64,000 bases of DNA from positions 15,252,001 to 15,316,000 of the forward strand of contig CM022678.1 in NCBI GenBank assembly GCA_012295275.1, read 5' to 3'. Below are positions 39,546 through 64,000 of this stretch, in pieces. The notes under the pieces are model-generated. The model ran no database searches. It worked only from the letters and a program-made list of their open reading frames with translations, and was not told where the DNA came from. A program made the position numbers and the translations under genes. Position 1 is the first letter of the stretch, and each line of letters begins with the position of its first letter. The stretch is from Chrysomallon squamiferum. Lineage: Eukaryota; Animalia; Mollusca.

Positions 39546-39651
39546 TACATATACATGAGTGTTAGGAAGAGTTAACATCTTACAACATGTTATTATTATT
39601 TTTTATATATCACCACAAGTGTTCAAAATTCCATGGTCACAATTTAAATAA

Positions 39652-39682
<31 letters not shown>

Positions 39683-40767
39683 AATAATATTAATAATAAT
39701 AATAATAATAATAATAAATTTACCAGTATTAATTGAATTAATGGTTTGTGAAAAAAACAAAACAAACTTGACATTACACTTACATGCGTGCATGTGTGTT
39801 CTGAATAGAAAAATATTCCTAATAGGCTAATGCCAAGATTTTTATATTATTATATATGATTCTATTGTTGTGTATGTATCAATACTTTCTGAACTTGCTT
39901 ACTTTTATATTTATTAAAATTAAATGGATGAAAACACTATAGAAAAGTAACTGTTTTGTCAACGTAAATATAAAAACTGAATATAAATGCAAACAAGCAT
40001 AAACATGCATATACAAAAATAATAATAATAATAATAATAATAACATATATTTTTAAATAGTTGAAGCCAATTTTGATTAATATATTAATTAGTACAAAAT
40101 TGTAAAATACGTTCTTTAGCATTAACTGAGCAAATCGGTTATATCAATGTAATAATAATAATAATAAGCTAATACGCGAACGTGACTAATTCGTAATTTA
40201 ATATAAGTTCTAAACTGAAGACCTCGTAACAATGAATCATTGAATGTAGTGAATGTTCGAAGGTAAACATAAAACAAGGAAATCTCGAAAAAATTCATTT
40301 GCGAACGATGACAACACTGACACTTACATGTTTGCATTTCCATTAATTTAAATAATATGGATCTAAATCAATTACATTTTTCTTCAATAAAACATATCTA
40401 TACAATATTACAACAGTGTTTTCTAATGCATATTTTCTTTCGTTTCAAAAAACCTATCCTCCATTTCCTTCCTTCTGTAAATCGTTTTCCATCGACTAAT
40501 CTAGGGCTCCAATTTATCTGCTCGTTTAGCCGTAGGTTTTTTTGTAATTAATTATTTTTTTTTTTTTTTGTAATTGTATTTATTTAATACTGACTTAAAT
40601 GACACAGAACAACAAATATTTCTTTTCACTTTACACTAATGGTAGTTTTTTTTAGCCAGACATTTTACATACACACACACACACACAGACACGGTAAATA
40701 ATGCAAACGAAAGTATACATAACAAAAATATATATAACCTTTACATTTCTTTTACCTTCATTGTTAA

Positions 40768-40807
<40 letters not shown>

Positions 40808-40951
40808 TATATTATTATTATTATTATTATTATGGACGTTGTATTAAAAGTGAAAAATAACATTATTTATCCACTGTTATAAAAGTACATAAAAACTGAG
40901 GTGTGTAGTTCAAACATTGTTATCAGCGGTTTTCGTCACCATGCTCTGATA

Positions 40952-40957
40952 TATAAA
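40952..40957 (+). promoter_or_regulatory. Probable TATA box of the IgGFc-binding/ShKT gene
   Basis: TATAAA ~50 bp upstream of the ATG at 41006 (caaaATG context). Confidence 0.4.
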
Positions 40958-41005
40958 TTTAAGTTTTTAGATCTCGACTCTCTCTCTCAGAGTAGTAACT
41001 ACAAA

Positions 41006-44776
<3,771 letters not shown>

Positions 44777-45476
44777 CACAAGTCTGAACCACGGACGTTC
44801 TTCACGATAAAACAAAAATATATTTAAAAAAATAAGTCTTACCAGTGAGACAGCCGTCCAGTACAGGAACAGCAATTTAACCAACTGAGTCCTAGAATCA
44901 GGGTTATCGTTTGGCCTGTGGCAAACGTTTTTGAAAAATATTACTTTTATAGGTCTTCTGCTGCTGCTACTGCTATTAATAAATTATATATAAATTAGTT
45001 ACTGTTGTTTTTATTATTATATTAACGTTGGAAAAAATTATATGAAAATTATAAGACGTTATAAATGTACGTATTTTAAGACAGGCTGATTAATAACAAA
45101 TAAACACAAACAGTGAGCGCCAGTTAAATGCGTAATTATAAATCAGCCATAATTCTGTTTCATATATTAAATTACTCTAAAATTCTAGGATTTTGTTTTA
45201 ATGGTGAACAGATTGAAATAAATATAGTATAACACCTAATGAACCAATATCCAGCTGCAGTATCACATAATTTAACATATCAGCCACATATTTATATATA
45301 TAGCTGTACATGCCTTATCCTGAGATCTGAATGCCGTATGCAACTAGGTTAAGTCAGTAACAGTAACTTACTTTTTCCTGCAATGTTTTTGGTCGGAAAT
45401 ATAGAAGTACATCTAATCATCATACCTATATACTGTGTGTGTTTGTGTGTGTTTGTGTATGTTTGTGTGTGTGTTT

Positions 45477-45509
<33 letters not shown>

Positions 45510-46467
45510 AGTGTGTGAGTGCTTTCTCAAACTCCTAACAGTAGGATAGTCCATCCACAATCTGAGAACAAATTGTTTTTCAACGTTTGTTCCTTACAAA
45601 ATAATGTTAATTTTAAACAAAGAAAAGGACAAACAAACAAACAAACACACACACACAAATGTACGCACGGATGCAAATATATTCTAAATGAGTAGAAATA
45701 ATAATACTAATAATAATACAACTAAACTAATACTTTCATTCCTACATAATTTGCAACGGCTGAATGGAAAATATAAGAGATAAAACTGTTGCTGTTGTTG
45801 TTGTTTTCTATCTGTTTCTTTACATATGGAAAAGCTGGCATTTTTATTACTATATTTGTCTTCTTTTTATTATTATTATCTTTATTTTTTATTTATTACC
45901 ATTTCTTTTTTGTTTTGTTTGCTTAAATTTTCGTTGCTTTTTTATTTATTTATTTATTTATTTGTTTGTTTGTTTATTTATTTATTTTAGATATTTGAGC
46001 AATAATGAGACAGATATTTCAGAATTAAAAATGCTTACTGAGTTTCACTCATCTCTCTCTCGGTATTACCGTGAACTTCAAGGGCTTCACTCTGTGTATA
46101 GTTTACATGGTTACAGATGACATTTTCAAAACACAATTTTTTAAACTGTGAAAATCACTTTTTTTTCTCTCTTTGTTGTTAATCTTAACCTCTTCGTAAA
46201 CTCGTAGTATTTAACATCGTCTTATTAACAAATTACATATTTCGGAAATGAAAAACAAAAACAGATTAAAAAGCAAATCAAAATACTGATAAGAGGATTA
46301 ATTTTTGACATTAAGGAAAGCGTTTATAAATAATTGCTGTAAGAAAACAATAACTGCAAAAAAACACAATAATAACAATTCCTTTCATTGTCTTTTATTT
46401 ATTTATTGATATTTATTATTATTTTTTAAGTGTATTATTATCTGTTTGTAATTAATTTATTTACTTT

Positions 46468-46502
<35 letters not shown>

Positions 46503-47182
46503 CTTACTTACTTACTTACTTATGCTCGATCGCTTTCTCAGCACATTTACTGATAAAATTTGATGTGTTTTTTTTTTAATTAAATATTTCTTTTCATTTA
46601 TTGATTTTTGTATTTTTAACTTTATTTGCTTTATAAAACACACAGACACACACATATAAAAATGTTTGTTCTTCGTAAACAGAAGATAAATTGAAGATGG
46701 ACCAGCCCTGAAACCAACACAAAAACCAGTAATAACGATTTTTCCCAAAACAAAACCCAACAATAAATAACTAACTGCGTTTTCAAACTTGAGTTCTTCC
46801 CAAACACAAGGTTAAACGGTGAAGTTCACTAATATATTTGTTATTTTTTTGTTTTATTCGTGTATGTCTGTCACTGATCAATGCGGAAATTGATTTTATC
46901 GATTTCAGTTATTTATTATTCAGCATCTTTCTCACATGGCTTTTAATTTTTAATTTTTTTTTTTTCACGACTGGTTTTGGTTTCCAATGAAACTTTTCTC
47001 TAATGTTTCATCAAACGTTTTTCTGTCTATTAACAAATTCCGTCGTTTGTCAGAAGACATTTTAGAAATAATGAATCACTGCATTTACGAAATCTGAAGT
47101 TTGACGTTTTTTAATTAATATTTTTGCAAGATACATTTTTTTTTTTAACTTTTTCTCTGTAACAGCAAGTTTAATATCAGTG

Positions 47183-56693
<9,511 letters not shown>

Positions 56694-56786
56694 ATAATTT
56701 TTAATTACTTCTTTAGGGTTATATGTTTTGTTCTCTTTTTAGATTATGTATATATATATATATATTATTATTTTTGTTTTCATTAA

Positions 56787-56913
56787 TGGATGATACATGT
56801 TTTGCCAAATTCTGGTTTGTTTATGACTTTCATTTTCAAGGCTCGTATTAAACAATGCATAATGTTGTTTTTTTTTTTTTTTTTTTCTCTCTCTTTAGTG
56901 TTATATGTATTTT
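56787..56913 (+). pseudogene. Degenerate tandem duplicate of the 3' end of the C-type lectin exon
   Basis: Reads MDDTCFAKFWFVYDFHFQGSY* versus WVDHLCSTRFWFICESNLQDRSKQ*; attctggttt, ttcaag, taaacaatg and ctttag.gttatatgt are shared with 56621-56732. Confidence 0.7.
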
Positions 56914-57545
56914 GGTAAGTTATTTTAAATAAAAGAGTCAATATATTAGTAATTTTCATAAACTGTAAACCATAACCTTAAATTTATATCTGATTGTCTT
57001 AATAACGCACTTGAAGTAAACAGGTGAGAAAACAAACTTTCTTCTTCTTTCTTTGTTTTTGTTTTTGAGTTTCCATTCCTTGGACAGCCAATCTTGTAAA
57101 GAAAAGCAGCTGAGTTTCTGCGTCTGGTGCAGACTGTAGTATAATTATAGACATAAATATTCACTGATACGTACATTGTGACAGGATTAGAATGAACATA
57201 AGTTTAAAAATGAACCACTGATGGTATTGAAATATCAAATATTCGAATAATAAGCTTGTAAATTTACAACATGTATGTTACAGATGTATATAAATAAATG
57301 TATGTTCATATTACAGATCGTAAATCAGAGAAAATAGTTTTTAAAAGTTAGAGATAAATGACTAAAGTTACATCCTACATTGCGGCCTGTGTTTTAATTA
57401 AGTTCAGGAGAAACGAATATTATTTAAATGCTCAAAATAAACTTGTTTAACATGCTTGATACTTTTTGCTTTGTTTGTTATGCTGTCATGCATACATTAA
57501 TAAGATAAAAATGTACGTACGTACGTACATACATACATACATACA

Positions 57546-57591
<46 letters not shown>

Positions 57592-58639
57592 CACACATAT
57601 TTTAAATATAACCTGATTCCCTTTGTTTATGAGAGTAGAGAGAGTTGTGCGTTTCAGTTTACTTTTATTATTATTTTATTTTATTATATTTTTAATGTTA
57701 TTTTTCACATTTAAATATGGTTCTAACAGACTGTGTATTTGGAATGGACCTACAGTTGTTTGAGAAAGTTCAGGTATCGATGTAATTTTGTCCGTTTATC
57801 ACTGATTAAGAAAATTTAAAAAAAAAAAAAAAAAAAAGGAAAAGCAAAAAAAGACAGTTTAATATTACACTATACACTGATAAGAACAAAAACAGCGAGC
57901 TTCCTCATTGATCGTGAGGTTTTAAACGATATTACTTTGAAAACAGTCTACGTCAGCAATCACTGAGATTAATGTTACATAGCAAATTATTCACGGCTGA
58001 GAAAAAAAACCAGTCATCTTACCCTTTTGAAACTTTAGGTTTAATGAGCGTAGGAGTAAAAATTTAACGAAAGATAACATAATTGCCATTATTTCAGTTT
58101 TTTGACTGACCCGATAAACGTTTGTTAAATTATTAATTTCTGAAATCAGACATCGTTATGACCAGTCACATCTTTTGTTGATTATTGGCATTAGTTTGAC
58201 ATTTCTTTCGTTTTTTGTTGTTATGATATATATGAAAATTGTAAATCATAAACCCAATAGCTCATGGTTGGCAACCCCTCACCCACAGGCCACAGACCCA
58301 AAGTACAACAACGATTACTTCCACAGAAAAATATGTATTGATTATGACATTGATGTAGGACAATATGAATAAATTCACTTTATCATGTCGTTATAAACTT
58401 TATTTACCTTCACTAAATAGTAACATGTAGCTTCTAATTTCATTAATAATTATATCAGGCTCTCAGGAAATCGGATTCATTTAGAATATCAAAATAAATA
58501 TTTTCGTCTTTTATATTGTAAACATTTCCAATGCCTTATTTCTAACAAATTATTTATACGATTATTTTCATGCGCCTATATTTCAACAGGCATTATTATT
58601 ATTATTATTGTTATTGTTATTGTTATTGTTATTGTTATT

Positions 58640-58694
<55 letters not shown>

Positions 58695-58853
58695 GTCAAA
58701 ATGTCATGGAGCTAGGTGATGAGGTTTAGGAACTGAGTGAGGTTATGAACACTATCCAGGAATAGTGCCCTGCAACTAGGTACCAGAAGTTCACGGCAAC
58801 TGAAATATGTTGCCTTCCTTTCATATACCCCTACTAAGAAATCAGGTATTTAT

Positions 58854-58990
58854 TATACTCGAACCTCTGTTTAACGGAACAGTACCAAACCTGTTATAAG
58901 GAGTTAGCGAAACGTCTGTTTGTTTACACTGGCCACGTGTGCATTATCTCGTTATATACAATTATTAATACATTTGTGTGTGTGTGTTTG

Positions 58991-59040
<50 letters not shown>

Positions 59041-59253
59041 ATGAACTGACAGTTGCGCCACTGTACTTTTTCGGCAAAAGAAGCTGAATCTGTTGAGGTA
59101 AGATTAAAAAAACTGTGAATTTAAAGTAAATTTACTCTACACTTTATTTCACACTGAATATTGCTAACATTAATTTTTATGCTGTTTCTAACAACTTCTA
59201 TTTTTCCGGACAACCTTCTCCCTTTTAGTCCGTTAAATGAAGGGTCGACTGTA
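58854..59253. mobile_element. Tc1/mariner (pogo/Tigger-like) MITE with internal (TG)n
   Basis: Left end tatactcgaacctctgtttaacgga; the right end reverse-complements to tacagtcgacccttcatttaacggac. Imperfect TIRs with TA ends, ~400 bp, non-coding. Confidence 0.55.
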
Positions 59254-59401
59254 ATTGTATCAGATTAATATAAAGAAATGATTAATAAAAGATTTTTCAT
59301 CATTTGAGCATGTACAATTAAAAAACACATTTATTTATTTATTTATTCTGGCATACTGAAAAGATATAATTAAAAGCCGTATTTTAGGGGATAACTTTCT
59401 A

Positions 59402-59430
59402 GTCACGTGACAAAATGTTCAAAATGGCGG
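59402..59430 (+). promoter_or_regulatory. SNX17 promoter: palindromic CLEAR/E-box and YY1 motif
   Basis: GTCACGTGAC (59402-59411) and AAAATGGCGG (59421-59430), 90-115 bp upstream of the ATG. Confidence 0.65.
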
Positions 59431-59518
59431 AAGGGGAGTTTCTTTGATAATTTTCTCCACATTCGAGTTTTGTGTTTCGGTACCTTTAATTATAGTAACT
59501 TCCTCGGTACAACGAAAA

Positions 59519-63579
<4,061 letters not shown>

Positions 63580-64000
63580 GTAAAGAACAATAGAAATTAT
63601 TGGCATGTTTCGTGTTTTGGCATTATTTGTGATTTTTAAGAAATATACTTCTAGACGTTATTCATACTGGCAACATTTCAAATGAGAAATACTATTTATT
63701 TGTCAGATGTTATTGTTAACAACAAAATAAATAAATAAATTAATAAATAAAAGTATACAAAAAATATGTATGTTACATGGCTGGTCTGGATTTTCAGTTA
63801 TTCCTTTGAATGACTTGGTTGTTTCAGTCATTTTGCATATTTCCAAGTTGTCCCAGGCTTTACATATTATGACTGGTTTCATAGGCTGACTTTAACTGTA
63901 AGCTTTTGTTTTTATTGTTTTTATTGTCACTTCTGTTTATAAATGAGCAAAAGGAACCATGGATATTATTATTAGTTGTAAGAGCAGTTATTTAAAAAAA

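Overview
AT-rich, intron-rich animal genomic DNA with GT-AG introns and many microsatellites; it is probably a mollusc (inferred from gene content). Five genes were reconstructed by eye. (1) STAM (ESCRT-0; VHS-UIM-SH3), minus strand, runs off the left edge. (2) A ~3,700-codon, 30-coding-exon TRANK1-like gene, minus strand. It has a triplicated TPR/ankyrin N-terminus, a putative RelE/ParE-like domain, a UvrD/SF1 helicase, TPRs, CCCH and U1-type Zn fingers, an IQ motif and an RG tail. As assembled it carries 2 frameshifts, 1 in-frame stop and 1 missing splice acceptor. (3) A secreted IgGFc-binding-domain + ShKT protein. (4) A secreted mosaic lectin (PAN - Cys-rich - Sushi - 2x F-type lectin - C-type lectin). 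(5) SNX17, which runs off the right edge. The most notable observations are: the RelE-like nuclease + helicase architecture of the TRANK1-like protein; a tandemly repeated upstream unit carrying STAT (GAS) and IRF-like motifs plus a splice donor; an antisense copy of an exon/5' splice-site junction inside an intron of the same gene; and an SNX17 minisatellite that has amplified its own 5' splice site 18 times. Exon coordinates were read manually and may be off by a few nt. No database searches were run.
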